DNA of 64,000 nt, from assembly GCA_044869275.1 (NCBI GenBank), contig JBIOXB010000139.1, forward strand, positions 71,890-135,889. Direction: 5' to 3'. The position numbers were made by a program, and so were the translations under genes. Under the pieces are notes generated by a model. That model was not told the DNA's origin. It saw only the letters and a list, made by a program, of their open reading frames with translations, and made no database searches. The stretch's first letter is position 1. Each line of letters opens with the position of its first letter. The DNA comes from a bacterium. GTDB lineage: Bacteria > Zhuqueibacterota > Zhuqueibacteria > Zhuqueibacterales > Zhuqueibacteraceae. Shown in pieces: positions 29,985 through 39,783 of the stretch.

Positions 29985-30214
29985 CAGACTGTGTGAAAGC
30001 GCTTGGTTTCACCGCAGGCTGAGCTTGTCGCAGGCTAAGTTTGTCGCTGGCTGAGCTTGTCGCTGGCTGAGCTTGTCGCAGGCTAAGTTTGTCGCAGGCT
30101 AAGTTTGTCGCTGGCTAAGTTTGTCGCTGGCTGAGCTTGTCGAAGCCTGATTTTTGAACTTAGCACCCTTCGACAAGCTCAGGGTGCGGCCTTCTCAAGT
30201 TTTCACGCAGTCTG
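29985..30214 (+). mobile_element. MITE with CAGACTGYGTGAAA terminal inverted repeats and an internal 8 x 16-bp tandem array
   Basis: TIRs at both ends, ATT flanking on both sides; array GGCTRAGYTTGTCGMW at 30017-30144 pairs with CTTCGACAAGCTCAG. Confidence 0.8.
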
Positions 30215-30381
30215 ATTCCTGCTGAATAACAGGCGCCATGTCTCAGAGGTGGAATTCGCAAAGCAACCTTGCCGCTATTCCTATGTCAAGCTGATTACAA
30301 AAACCATAGCAAATTTAATCCTTCTGCCTTATCTTGCAAGCATTATCAACGGACAACGAAGCCTGAAAACAAGAAGGGCAA

Positions 30382-31329
30382 ATGACGATGGCATCTTCCA
30401 AATGGTTCGACGATCTGCCGGTGGTCGGCAACATGACGCCCGAGCAGGCGGCGGCCAAGCTGCGCGAATTGGGCGAGGATGAAATGGCAGCCGCGCCGGA
30501 AACTGCCAAGCCTGCAGTGACGCGCGGCAGCGGCCCGGCGGCAGCCCGAGGCTTCGGCGATTGGTGGCCCTTTAGCGACAAGCCCTGGCAGCACGCGGCA
30601 CATACCTTCGGTTACATTGCGCCGGCTCCGCCCAACAGCCCAGAGCTGCCCATTCAACATGCCGGCAACATTCAACCGGATCACACGCTGAAAAACAGCC
30701 GCATCAAAATCACCCTGGACGGCTTGCGCGTGGCGGATTATCCGGGGCGCGGCATCCATCGCGTGCTGCTGGATTTTTACGCTCAGAACCATCGCCCGGA
30801 AGGCGTCGAGCATCTGCATTTCAACGCGACGTACCGCGTGCGCGAAAACGAGCATGCCGCGGTGTTGGGCTATCCTCTGTTTGTCGGCTTGAACGTCGGC
30901 AGCGACAGCGTCGCTTTGAAATGCTACACCGTCAACGTGAAGAATGAAGACGACGGCAGCTTCCTCGGCTTCCTGGAATCCGACGTTTTTCGGTTCGGCC
31001 TGCAATTGAGCAACTTCGCGCATCCCGCGGTGACGCTGTTTTCGGAAATGGCCTACGGTGTGACCCGGGCCATCGCCCGCCGCACGAAAAACGTGCCGGT
31101 GCAAGATTTTCACCTCGGCCTGGATTTCAGCAACATACCGACACGCGCGCGTTTGGCCCCAGGATCCTATCTTGCCGTGCAGATTCCGGAATCCCTGCAA
31201 ACCGTGTGGGATTGGAGCGCATGGGTTTTCGACCCCAATCGCGGCCGCGTGGTGAATCGCGACGATCCGGCGCAGTTGATTCCATACAATTATTTGGTTT
31301 TTGGCGTCAGCCGGTATGAAGGAGATTGA
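30382..31329 (+). CDS. Conserved-looking hypothetical protein (short helical N-terminus, beta-rich body)
   Basis: 315-aa ORF with host-like codon usage; no catalytic motif recognised. Confidence 0.75.
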   Translation: MTMASSKWFDDLPVVGNMTPEQAAAKLRELGEDEMAAAPETAKPAVTRGSGPAAARGFGDWWPFSDKPWQHAAHTFGYIAPAPPNSPELPIQHAGNIQPDHTLKNSRIKITLDGLRVADYPGRGIHRVLLDFYAQNHRPEGVEHLHFNATYRVRENEHAAVLGYPLFVGLNVGSDSVALKCYTVNVKNEDDGSFLGFLESDVFRFGLQLSNFAHPAVTLFSEMAYGVTRAIARRTKNVPVQDFHLGLDFSNIPTRARLAPGSYLAVQIPESLQTVWDWSAWVFDPNRGRVVNRDDPAQLIPYNYLVFGVSRYEGD

Positions 31330-31600
31330 CCTCAACACAAGAATCAACCGCAGGATTGCAGGAACATAATCGATAAGTGCGATGATGGTGAGCCTCGATT
31401 GGCAATTGGAATTTCCCATGGCTTTAGATTCTTAAGCGATAGCTGCACCGATTTGCCGTTCCCGCCAAGAAAAAGCTACTGCCCGCCCCCAATATCCTCC
31501 CCCCGTGACTAATTCTCCCCTGCCCCTCTGGCAAGCGCTCAGGACAATCAAATCGCGCGGCCAATCTCGAGCAGCAATTTAATAGGCCTTTAAAGAATCT

Positions 31601-31736
31601 AACATAGAATAAAATCTGAAAGTTCAGCCCACGGAAATGGAACCCACGGAAAGAAGCTTTTCATTTCAGTTCCATTTCCGTGGGCTAAAGCTTTGCTGCT
31701 CGCAGAGCTTCGGATTTGAGCTCGTCTGAAAATCCG
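31601..31736. repeat. CACGGAAA palindrome repeat, near-identical to 36819-36957
   Basis: About 135 bp direct match including AGCCCACGGAA...TTCCGTGGGCT. Confidence 0.85.
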
Positions 31737-32059
31737 AAGTAGTCGACTAACATGCCAGCTTCCAAGGAATCTCCAAATTGGATAGGCGAGAGCAAACGCC
31801 GAATCCAAATAGCGCGAGGCGTCTCGCTATACATAAAAACAAGGCTTTCTATCTCTCCAGGTCGCCTCTGAACTAGTTTTGTTGACTTTCAATCTCCTAA
31901 TGTGGGATTTTTGCAATGCCAGTGCATCTATTATAGTGAAGGCGCAATGGAACACACAACGAACGCCAGGCTGACAAGGCGTCAGGCTGGCGGGCGCGCT
32001 TCATCGTAGAGATTTTTGCCGTCACCACCCGCTTTTAAGTGGAAATTAAGGAGGGAGTG

Positions 32060-33412
32060 ATGTTAGTTCTTTTGAGCGACATTCACCTAACCGATGAGAC
32101 CACGGCCATCAACGTCAAGGCCGACGCATTCAGTGATATTTTGGGGCCCCAAATACTGCACAATGCGAAGGCCAAAAAAGCAACAGAAATCCATATCGTC
32201 CTGTTGGGCGATATCTTCGATCTGGTGCGGACAGACCGGTGGCTTCGATACGTCGATCCGAACGACCGGCCATGGAATGGCGAGCTCGATCCGATCACGG
32301 GGATGAACAAAGACACAGAAAAAATTGCAGGTCAGTTTCAAGCTGTCCTCGATGATATTCTCAAAACCGACAGCAGCCAGGCCTTCTTCAAGATGTTTAA
32401 TGACCTTCATCTCGCCGGTAAAGAAGTCAAAGTAACCTATGTGATTGGCAACCACGATCGTATATTCAACAATTTCCAATCGCTGAAAAGCAGAGTGATC
32501 AAGGAACTGCCGGGCATAAATCTCGAATTCACCAATGTCCTCGTTGCACCCGAGTATGGAGTGCTGGCGAGACACGGCCACGAGTGGGACGAAGTTTGTC
32601 ATGGTTGGGAATTCTCAAACAAGGTTCTCCGCAAAGACCGCGGAGGGAAATTCGAGCGTTTCGAGGCGGCGGCATACAAGGTCATGACCCTGGGGGAAGT
32701 GATTACAGCCGAATTGATGTCGGGCTTAATTTACGAAGTATCCAAATCGAGCAACGACAGAGACCTGCTGGCATGCTTGAAAGAGCTCAACAACCTTCGA
32801 CCTTTTGATGCGGTTTTCGAGTGGCTGGACTGGATGACAAGGGACCGTTTGCAGGAGCACAAAAAGCTGCTGCAGGACGCAACCCTGACGGCCTTGTCGA
32901 ATGTTCTAAATTCGAAGCTGGCCCAACTATGGGATAAAATCACTCCTGATCTCATCGTCATTGGAGACTTGACCGACAGGCTAGCGCTGGTGCTCAGGAT
33001 GCTCAAAGACAAAAAGAATGGTTTCGAATCATTGCGACGCGTGCTCGCGGTGCAACACATTCTTGAAAATCTGAAAAAATTCCTAAAAGGCGACGATGAT
33101 CGCTTCATGGTTGGAGCCGAAAAAGATTTTGACGGCGTCGATGCTCGCATTCAATACGTCGTTTACGGGCATACTCACGAAGCGCGGCAGGATTATCTCG
33201 AAGGCCATCCGGACGGAAGCGTCAAGATGTACATCAACTGCGGCACTTATCTTCCTCTGATTCAAGCCACTCGGAATAGGAAGGGATTTGCCACAGCGCA
33301 TCGTATGACCATGGCTTTCTTCTTCAGGGCTGATGAAGACGAGAATAGCCGCAAAGACCATGGCCCGACCTTGACATTGTGGAATGGCATCCGGAGAAAG
33401 ATGTACGTCTGA
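32060..33412 (+). CDS. Calcineurin-like metallophosphoesterase (LpxH-like motif set, with insertions)
   Basis: SDIHL, LGDIFD, IGNHD, RHGH, YGHTH, YINCG; AAGGAGG RBS. Confidence 0.85.
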   Translation: MLVLLSDIHLTDETTAINVKADAFSDILGPQILHNAKAKKATEIHIVLLGDIFDLVRTDRWLRYVDPNDRPWNGELDPITGMNKDTEKIAGQFQAVLDDILKTDSSQAFFKMFNDLHLAGKEVKVTYVIGNHDRIFNNFQSLKSRVIKELPGINLEFTNVLVAPEYGVLARHGHEWDEVCHGWEFSNKVLRKDRGGKFERFEAAAYKVMTLGEVITAELMSGLIYEVSKSSNDRDLLACLKELNNLRPFDAVFEWLDWMTRDRLQEHKKLLQDATLTALSNVLNSKLAQLWDKITPDLIVIGDLTDRLALVLRMLKDKKNGFESLRRVLAVQHILENLKKFLKGDDDRFMVGAEKDFDGVDARIQYVVYGHTHEARQDYLEGHPDGSVKMYINCGTYLPLIQATRNRKGFATAHRMTMAFFFRADEDENSRKDHGPTLTLWNGIRRKMYV

Positions 33413-33797
33413 TCTCATCAAATGAATATGAGCATAAACGCCGAAAAGATCGGCCCAGCCATGAACGATGATGCCTCGTCCGAAATTTGTCCGGGCGGCG
33501 AATGCGAATCGGAACGCGATTTATAGAATTTAAGAAATTGCTTGACTCCTTCACATATTTTTGCGTTATTAACCGCGAATTTACCGCAGTTGAGTTCTTG
33601 CTTACAGCCTTACTGCAAAGGGAAACATCAATTCTCGCCAAACCACTCTTCGAACATTTTTGACTATACGCCGCTCGGGGTAGGTCTGATCAAGTCTTAA
33701 GCGCGCAAAACTTCGTGTCGTTAATTCCCGTTGATGGCAAAACGCCTAATGGCCACGCCGTCATTTATTCCGATCTCCCTTAACTTTCGGAGGGATT

Positions 33798-35924
33798 ATG
33801 AAACTTGTGACAATTGCTCGAGGCGTAGGCCTGATCGTCATCTCTTGGCTGCTTTTCGCCTCGCACACTCCGCTGCGCGCGCAAGTGGTGCAGCCAGCCG
33901 ATCCGCGCTTCGGCACGGTTGGGCGCGAAGGCGCAGCGCGTTTGCAGATGCAAAATTATCGCGAATATCAACGCCAAAACCACGAGCCCGCGCTCGCGGG
34001 CAAACAGAAACATTTCGTCGTCGGCCAGGTGACTTACCGCAGCGATGAATGGAGCACGGATTGGGATTGGTATCTCCTCGATCTGATGGAAAAGCCGAAG
34101 TCTTTGCTGCTGCAGCACTTGCTCGATTTCACCCTGAACGTGGTGCGCTCCGATGCCCTGCCCGTCATTCGCGACACGTGGAACGCGAACCGCCCGCAGC
34201 TCGAAGCATTGTGGGCGCAAACCGTAAACGGCGCTTCCAAGACCTGGAAGAAAAAAGCCTGGGGCGTCACGCTTTACAGCTACACCGTGCGCTTGAACGA
34301 CACCCAAGTCTCCATTCCCGCCGAGCTGCCGGAGATTCAGCTCACGGTCGCGCCCAACGGCGAGGAAATCAATTTCTCGGTGGAGACCATGGTCACCTGG
34401 TCCACGCATGCGCGCGGCAGCAACGGCAGTATCCATGCTACGCCGACCTTCGACACCAAGCTCACGCTGTCGGGCACGATCGCGATGCTGGACGATGAAA
34501 AGGGCCGTTATTTCACGGTGAAAGAAGTCTCCGGAAATTCCTTGACCGACGCACAGGGCAAAATCGTCTTTTCCGTCAATATTCTCAATGTCGGCAGGGT
34601 GAATTTCACCTGGAACAAGATCGACGTTCTGGTGCAGACACAGATCGACAATGCCATTGTCGGCGGCATGGCAAAAATCAAGGATCTCGATACCAACAAG
34701 GACGGCAATCCCGATTTGGCGCAGCGTTTCTATTTCGAGGAATTTTTATCCAAGACGTTCTTCGCAGGCAAACCCATGCGCCGGCAAAGCGAGATTCTCG
34801 ACGGCATCTACGCCCAGGAGGCGGCTTGGATCACCGAACAAATCAACGTACAGCACCGCCGCGGCGCGGTGTGGGAAGTTGGCAACGAGCCCAACTGGTT
34901 TCCGCTCATGCGGCCGGAGCAATATGCCGCGGTGTACGTGCGCTATTACAACTTGATCAAAGGGCTCGATCCCACGGCGAAAATCATGCTCGGCGGCCTG
35001 TTCTTGAATGAAGCCATCGACAATCCACAGGAAATCGTGATGACGCTGATTCCGCCGCTGTTGACCGATGCCATGCGGCGGGAAGTGGCGGCCTTTATCA
35101 GCAATGTGATGTTCGAGGCCTCGGCCGTCGCGTGGTTCGAAGCCTTTCACGCCGCGCTGCCGCCCGAAGTGAAAGTGGACATCGGCAACTTCCATCTTTA
35201 TCCCATGCGCGCGGCCTCACCGGCTTTCAAGCTCGCCGAGGTCGAGCCCCAAATCACCGCGCTGTGCGCGAGTTTCAAGCGGCATCAAATCGGCGAAGTT
35301 TGGGTGACGGAGATGGGCAATATCGACTGGCGGCGCAGTGAGGTCGAGGTGGCCGCCATGTGCGAGCAGCTTTCTGCTCATTTGAAAGAAAACACCTCCG
35401 GCATCGCGAAATGGTTTTGGAGCCGTTCAGTGGGCTATGACCGGCGGTTCGACAGCATCGGACAGCAGCCGGTCACCGCGCTGTTGGCCAATGACGGGGT
35501 GACACTCACCAGAATTGGCCAGGCGTATCAACGCGCCGCCTCGCGAATTTCGGAAGATGCTCGACTTGCCGAGGTGACTGTGGACAAGGATATTGACGGG
35601 CTTCTCGAACCCGCCGTGCCGCGCGAGCTGGCGCTCTCCTCCAATTATCCCAATCCGTTTTCATTGTCTTCGGCAGCCCAGACGAACGGCATAACGCGCA
35701 TTCCTTACGCCCTGCCTCAAGCGCGCGAAGTGGAGGTGCGCATCTATGACATGCTGGGCCGTTTGACAAGGCAAATCGAACGCCGCGAGCAAAGCGCCGG
35801 CTGGCATGAAGTCGCCTGGGACGGCCGTGACGAAAGCGGAAAACTAGTGACCAGCGGCATCTACTTTTTGGCTCTGCAAGCCGGCGAGCAAAGGCTGGTG
35901 CGCAAGATGATGATTACAAAATAG
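33798..35924 (+). CDS. Secreted clan GH-A glycoside hydrolase-like protein with large beta-rich insert and FlgD/T9SS-type tail
   Basis: Signal peptide, WEVGNEPN, NFHLYP, VWVTEMG, WFW; tail NYPNPF...WDGRD...SGIYF. Confidence 0.8.
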   Translation: MKLVTIARGVGLIVISWLLFASHTPLRAQVVQPADPRFGTVGREGAARLQMQNYREYQRQNHEPALAGKQKHFVVGQVTYRSDEWSTDWDWYLLDLMEKPKSLLLQHLLDFTLNVVRSDALPVIRDTWNANRPQLEALWAQTVNGASKTWKKKAWGVTLYSYTVRLNDTQVSIPAELPEIQLTVAPNGEEINFSVETMVTWSTHARGSNGSIHATPTFDTKLTLSGTIAMLDDEKGRYFTVKEVSGNSLTDAQGKIVFSVNILNVGRVNFTWNKIDVLVQTQIDNAIVGGMAKIKDLDTNKDGNPDLAQRFYFEEFLSKTFFAGKPMRRQSEILDGIYAQEAAWITEQINVQHRRGAVWEVGNEPNWFPLMRPEQYAAVYVRYYNLIKGLDPTAKIMLGGLFLNEAIDNPQEIVMTLIPPLLTDAMRREVAAFISNVMFEASAVAWFEAFHAALPPEVKVDIGNFHLYPMRAASPAFKLAEVEPQITALCASFKRHQIGEVWVTEMGNIDWRRSEVEVAAMCEQLSAHLKENTSGIAKWFWSRSVGYDRRFDSIGQQPVTALLANDGVTLTRIGQAYQRAASRISEDARLAEVTVDKDIDGLLEPAVPRELALSSNYPNPFSLSSAAQTNGITRIPYALPQAREVEVRIYDMLGRLTRQIERREQSAGWHEVAWDGRDESGKLVTSGIYFLALQAGEQRLVRKMMITK

Positions 35925-35936
35925 GCTCAAATTATC

Positions 35937-36074
35937 TTGACAATGTTAAGTTAGCCCAAGAGCCCTTAATCCTTGTCATGCTGTAAGCATCTTCCCTAGA
36001 AACCTGCACCAAGATCCCGCAACGGCGGGATGACATGACTGAGCGTATGGCAATCAAGGTGACAGAGTACTAGC
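35937..36074. repeat. Composite repeat: TTGACAATGTTAAGTT end, GTCAT..GGATGAC REP-like arms, GTGACAGAGTACTAG end
   Basis: The same pieces recur at about 57589 (inverted CTAGTACGCTGTCACCTTGATT) and about 58014-58125. Confidence 0.6.
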
Positions 36075-36255
36075 GAGAAGGCACGTGCGGCAGCGGGAGT
36101 GTCAAAAAATTTGTGCTTGCATTTATCCAAGCGGCAAGGCAAGTTGAGGCACGCTCCGGCCATGCGTGCCTTTTCTATTTTATTCCCTGCGTGGCGGCTT
36201 GAAACCGTATGATGCAATCCAGATGTTCCAGGAAAGTAATCGGGAGAATCTTCTT

Positions 36256-36612
36256 ATGCTGACTTTATCTCGAAATCAAAGATTGGCTGTTTCCGGCATG
36301 CTGATGATCATATGGTTGAGCGCTTGTGCGGGAAGCATGAAGATTAGCGAGCTCACCGCCGACCCGGGAAAATACAGTGACAAAGAAGTCACCGTAAAGG
36401 GCAAAGTCTCGCAGGTGTATGCCATCCCCTTGCTGTCGCAAAGCGTGGTGAAAATCAATGACGGCAGCGGAGATCTTTGGGTCAAACCTTATAATCGTGT
36501 GCCCGGGGAAGGACAGGAAATCACGGTGACGGGAAAAGTGAAAATCGGGTTGACGCTGGCCAATATGGATTTTGGGGTGCTCGTGGTGGAGAATGGGCCG
36601 GGTCAGAAATAG
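36256..36612 (+). CDS. OB-fold lipoprotein
   Basis: Lipobox LSAC; VTVKGKV, INDGSG.LWV, ITVTGKV. Confidence 0.78.
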   Translation: MLTLSRNQRLAVSGMLMIIWLSACAGSMKISELTADPGKYSDKEVTVKGKVSQVYAIPLLSQSVVKINDGSGDLWVKPYNRVPGEGQEITVTGKVKIGLTLANMDFGVLVVENGPGQK

Positions 36613-36731
36613 TGTGCGGTCTTCGCGCTTAAAGCAATTTTGGCAGGATGAATAGGACTTACAGGATGAAAAAATTGTTCCGGTAAATCTTGTCGAAAAT
36701 AAATTGTCGCGCAGCGGTTTCAATTCTCAGC

Positions 36732-36970
36732 ATAGAACCTGTCCGAAAACTTCATTGCTGCCATCCCGCCGTTGTGAGATGACATATGAGGGTTGCCGGG
36801 TAGGCGCTTAGCGAAATAAACACAGAATAAAATTCAAAAAGTTTAGCCCACGGAAGTGGAACTCCCACGGAAAGAAGCTTTTCATTTCCGTTCCATTTCC
36901 GTGGGCTAAAGCTTTATTGCTCGAAGAGCTTCAATTTTCAGCTTGTCTGAAAATCCGCTATAGGTTCTTA
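36732..36970. mobile_element. MITE with AGAACCT...AGGTTCT ends carrying the CACGGAAA palindrome
   Basis: TAGAACCTGT at left, ATAGGTTCTTA at right; internal part shared with 31601 and 20533. Confidence 0.65.
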
Positions 36971-36998
36971 ACGGAAAACGGTGCAAGATTCTGCCACA

Positions 36999-39425
36999 TC
37001 AGTAACCGAAAATCAACTCATATTTCTGCCCACCATCTCTTGCCTTCAAACTCGTCGTTCCCATTTTAGCATCAAAGGCGAAATCACTACTCCCCAGTTT
37101 CTGGCCGTTTACCGTGAGTTTCTTCGGCGCGCCGGCCTGGCCGTGCAAAACGATTTGGAAATCGCGAGGGGCGGGCACGTATTTGCCTTCGCGCGCGGAA
37201 ATACCGAGCACGAGATTCTTTCCTTTGGCAGACAGACTGAAACGCGTGAGCGCCCATTCGCCGTTTTCGTACGCGAAAGATCGGCCGTCGTCTTCATAAA
37301 GCGCTGAAGCACGATTCTCGCCTGGATAAACATGCAGTGTGATCAAGCTATCCGGTTTTTCGCCGACATACTGCTGCACCTCACCCATCGGAATCACGGC
37401 GCCGGCGTGCACGAAGAGCGGCAGTTTCTCCAAAGGCGCATCCACGTAAATATATTGCCCGCCAGCGTAAACTTTATTGTCCCAGAAGTCATACCACTCG
37501 CCCTTGGGCAGATAAACTTTACGCAAGCGCTCGCCCTCGCGCGTCACCGGCGCGACAAGAATATCATCGCCCCACAAGTACGTGGTGTGATTGTGCCAGG
37601 CAAAGGTTTCAGGCTCGCCGGGATATTCCAAAAACAGCGGCTTCATGATCGGCAAGCCGGTTGTACTCGCGCGCTGAAATTGTGTGTAGGCATATGGCAA
37701 CATGCGATACCGCAATTCGATATATTGGCGATTAATTTGCTCCACTTCTTCGCCAAAACTCCACGGCTCCTGATCCGGAGTGTTGGCTTCGGTGTGCGCG
37801 CGAAAGAAAGGCGTGAACGCGCCCACCTGCACCCAGCGCGCCATCAATTCCGTTGAAGGCGTGCCCGCGAAGCCGCCAACATCCGCGCCAACAAAGGGAA
37901 TGCCGCTCACGCTCATGGACTGGCACAATCGAATGGCAAGTTCCAAATGCTCAAAAGTGGCAATATTGTCGCCGGTCCAGCTGGCGGCATAGCGTTGCGT
38001 GCCGGAGAAGCCTGCACGCGTGAGAATGAAGGGCCGTTCATTTGGGCGATGCCGGCGCAAACCCTCATAAGTTGCCTGTGCCATCAAATGCCCGAAGACA
38101 TTATGCATTTCCTTCAAAGAAGTCTTCTTGCCGTCCTTGTCAAATTCGACCAGCAGCGGCGCCTCTCTGCCCCACACCGCGGGTTCGTTCATATCATTCC
38201 AAAATCCTGCGATGCCCTGGTCGAGAAAATCCTTGTGCAAATCGCCCCACCACTTGCGCGAGACCGTGCGGGCGTAATCGGTGAAATGGCTTTTGCCGGG
38301 CCAGACCTCGCCGCTGTAAAGCTCGCCATCGGGATATTTAATGAAATGGTTGCCGGCCACGCCGTTGTCATAAATCGCATAGCCCGGATCGACTTTGATG
38401 CCGGGATCGACGATGGTCACCACTTTGAAGCCCATGCGCTGCAGGTCCGCGAGCATTTTGGCGGGATTGGGAAAACGATTTTTGTCGAAGGTAAAGCAGC
38501 GATAGCCGTCCATGTAATGAATATCGAGATAAATCACATCTGCCGGAATTTTCTTTTCGCGAAAGGTTTGGGCCAAAGTCCGCACCTCGCGGTCGGGGTA
38601 ATAACTCCAGCGGCATTGTTGATAGCCCAATGCCCACTTGGGCGGCAGCGGCATGCGGCCCACCAATTCGGAATAGCGTGAGAGAATATATTTGCTATCC
38701 GGACCGGTGAAGAAGAAATAGCTGAGCGGCCCGCCCTCCGCGCGGAAAAAATACAAGCGCGCATTGCCCGCGCCCATGTTGAAATAACTGCGGTGGGTGT
38801 TGTTGAAAAAGATGCCGTACGCGCGTCCGGCGCGCATGCCCAGGAAAAACGGATGGGATTGATACAGCGGATCCGTGCGGTCGGTGTACGCCGGAGTGTC
38901 CGAATTCCACATGACAAATTCACGGCCGCGGCGATCCAGTCCGCCGGTTTTTTCGCCGAGTCCAAAGAAGTGCTCTTCTTCCAGCAGGGATTTGAACACG
39001 GCAACTTCATTGCCGTCCCATGCCATGCCGAATGCCTCGTCGTCCTGATTCAGCAAATTTCCTTTGGCATCATAAAACGCGAAGCGGCAAGGCGCGCGCT
39101 TGATGCGGATTTCCATATCCGTGGTTTTGAGCGTCACCTGCGTGGGGGATTCCGCCAGCACATAATTCGTTCCCGGCCAGTCGATTTTCGCGAGCGCGTA
39201 CTCCAGGCCTTCCTGCCATTTGCCTTGTCGCGCCAGTGTGAGGCGCACGGCGTCGCTGGTGAGAAAGGAAACCCGCACGAGATCCTCCCCGCATTGCAGC
39301 AATACGCCGCTGCCCTCGCGATCGAAGCGGGTCAAATTGCCGAGATATTGATACTGCGCCATGATCTCCTTTCCCGGTGCCATGCCCAGAGCCAGCAGCG
39401 CGAAAAAAATCATACCTGATCGCAT
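36999..39425 (-). CDS. GH31 alpha-glucosidase
   Basis: Signal peptide, FGLGEK, YLDIHYM, GFWNDMNEP, WTGDN, FFRAH. Confidence 0.95.
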   Translation of the reverse strand: MRSGMIFFALLALGMAPGKEIMAQYQYLGNLTRFDREGSGVLLQCGEDLVRVSFLTSDAVRLTLARQGKWQEGLEYALAKIDWPGTNYVLAESPTQVTLKTTDMEIRIKRAPCRFAFYDAKGNLLNQDDEAFGMAWDGNEVAVFKSLLEEEHFFGLGEKTGGLDRRGREFVMWNSDTPAYTDRTDPLYQSHPFFLGMRAGRAYGIFFNNTHRSYFNMGAGNARLYFFRAEGGPLSYFFFTGPDSKYILSRYSELVGRMPLPPKWALGYQQCRWSYYPDREVRTLAQTFREKKIPADVIYLDIHYMDGYRCFTFDKNRFPNPAKMLADLQRMGFKVVTIVDPGIKVDPGYAIYDNGVAGNHFIKYPDGELYSGEVWPGKSHFTDYARTVSRKWWGDLHKDFLDQGIAGFWNDMNEPAVWGREAPLLVEFDKDGKKTSLKEMHNVFGHLMAQATYEGLRRHRPNERPFILTRAGFSGTQRYAASWTGDNIATFEHLELAIRLCQSMSVSGIPFVGADVGGFAGTPSTELMARWVQVGAFTPFFRAHTEANTPDQEPWSFGEEVEQINRQYIELRYRMLPYAYTQFQRASTTGLPIMKPLFLEYPGEPETFAWHNHTTYLWGDDILVAPVTREGERLRKVYLPKGEWYDFWDNKVYAGGQYIYVDAPLEKLPLFVHAGAVIPMGEVQQYVGEKPDSLITLHVYPGENRASALYEDDGRSFAYENGEWALTRFSLSAKGKNLVLGISAREGKYVPAPRDFQIVLHGQAGAPKKLTVNGQKLGSSDFAFDAKMGTTSLKARDGGQKYELIFGY

Positions 39426-39480
39426 GTTTCGCCTCTACTTCAGTTCAAATACAGCTATTCGCACTTGCGCACTTCATTCG

Positions 39481-39729
39481 TCAAGGTTGCGCTAACAGCA
39501 GTTTGATGGTCTGCAATTCCTGCTCCGGTGCGTCCTGGGCGTGCTGCAGTTTTCCGGCACGCCGGTACCAATACAGGCTGTTGTCCGTATCGCCCTCGAT
39601 TTTGTGCAGGACGGCGTGAATCCAGCTTGCAATTTCGCTGGTCTCATGTTGCTGCACAATGTGATGCGCTTCGTCCCATTGCTGGGCCAGCGCAAAGTCA
39701 ACGGCTCTGAGCATTTCCTTTTTGTTCAT
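39481..39729 (-). CDS. Small conserved helical hypothetical protein
   Basis: WDEAHHIVQ, WIHAVLHKIEGD..NSLYWYRRAG pattern; GAGG RBS. Confidence 0.8.
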   Translation of the reverse strand: MNKKEMLRAVDFALAQQWDEAHHIVQQHETSEIASWIHAVLHKIEGDTDNSLYWYRRAGKLQHAQDAPEQELQTIKLLLAQP

Positions 39730-39783
39730 GTGCAGACCTCGATTTTAGCCAGTTCAAACAGTTTTGACCTTTGCAGCAGCCAG

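Noticed and set aside
30017..30144. CRISPR array
   Set aside because: The 16-bp units are contiguous with no unique spacers and no cas genes; they sit inside a MITE.
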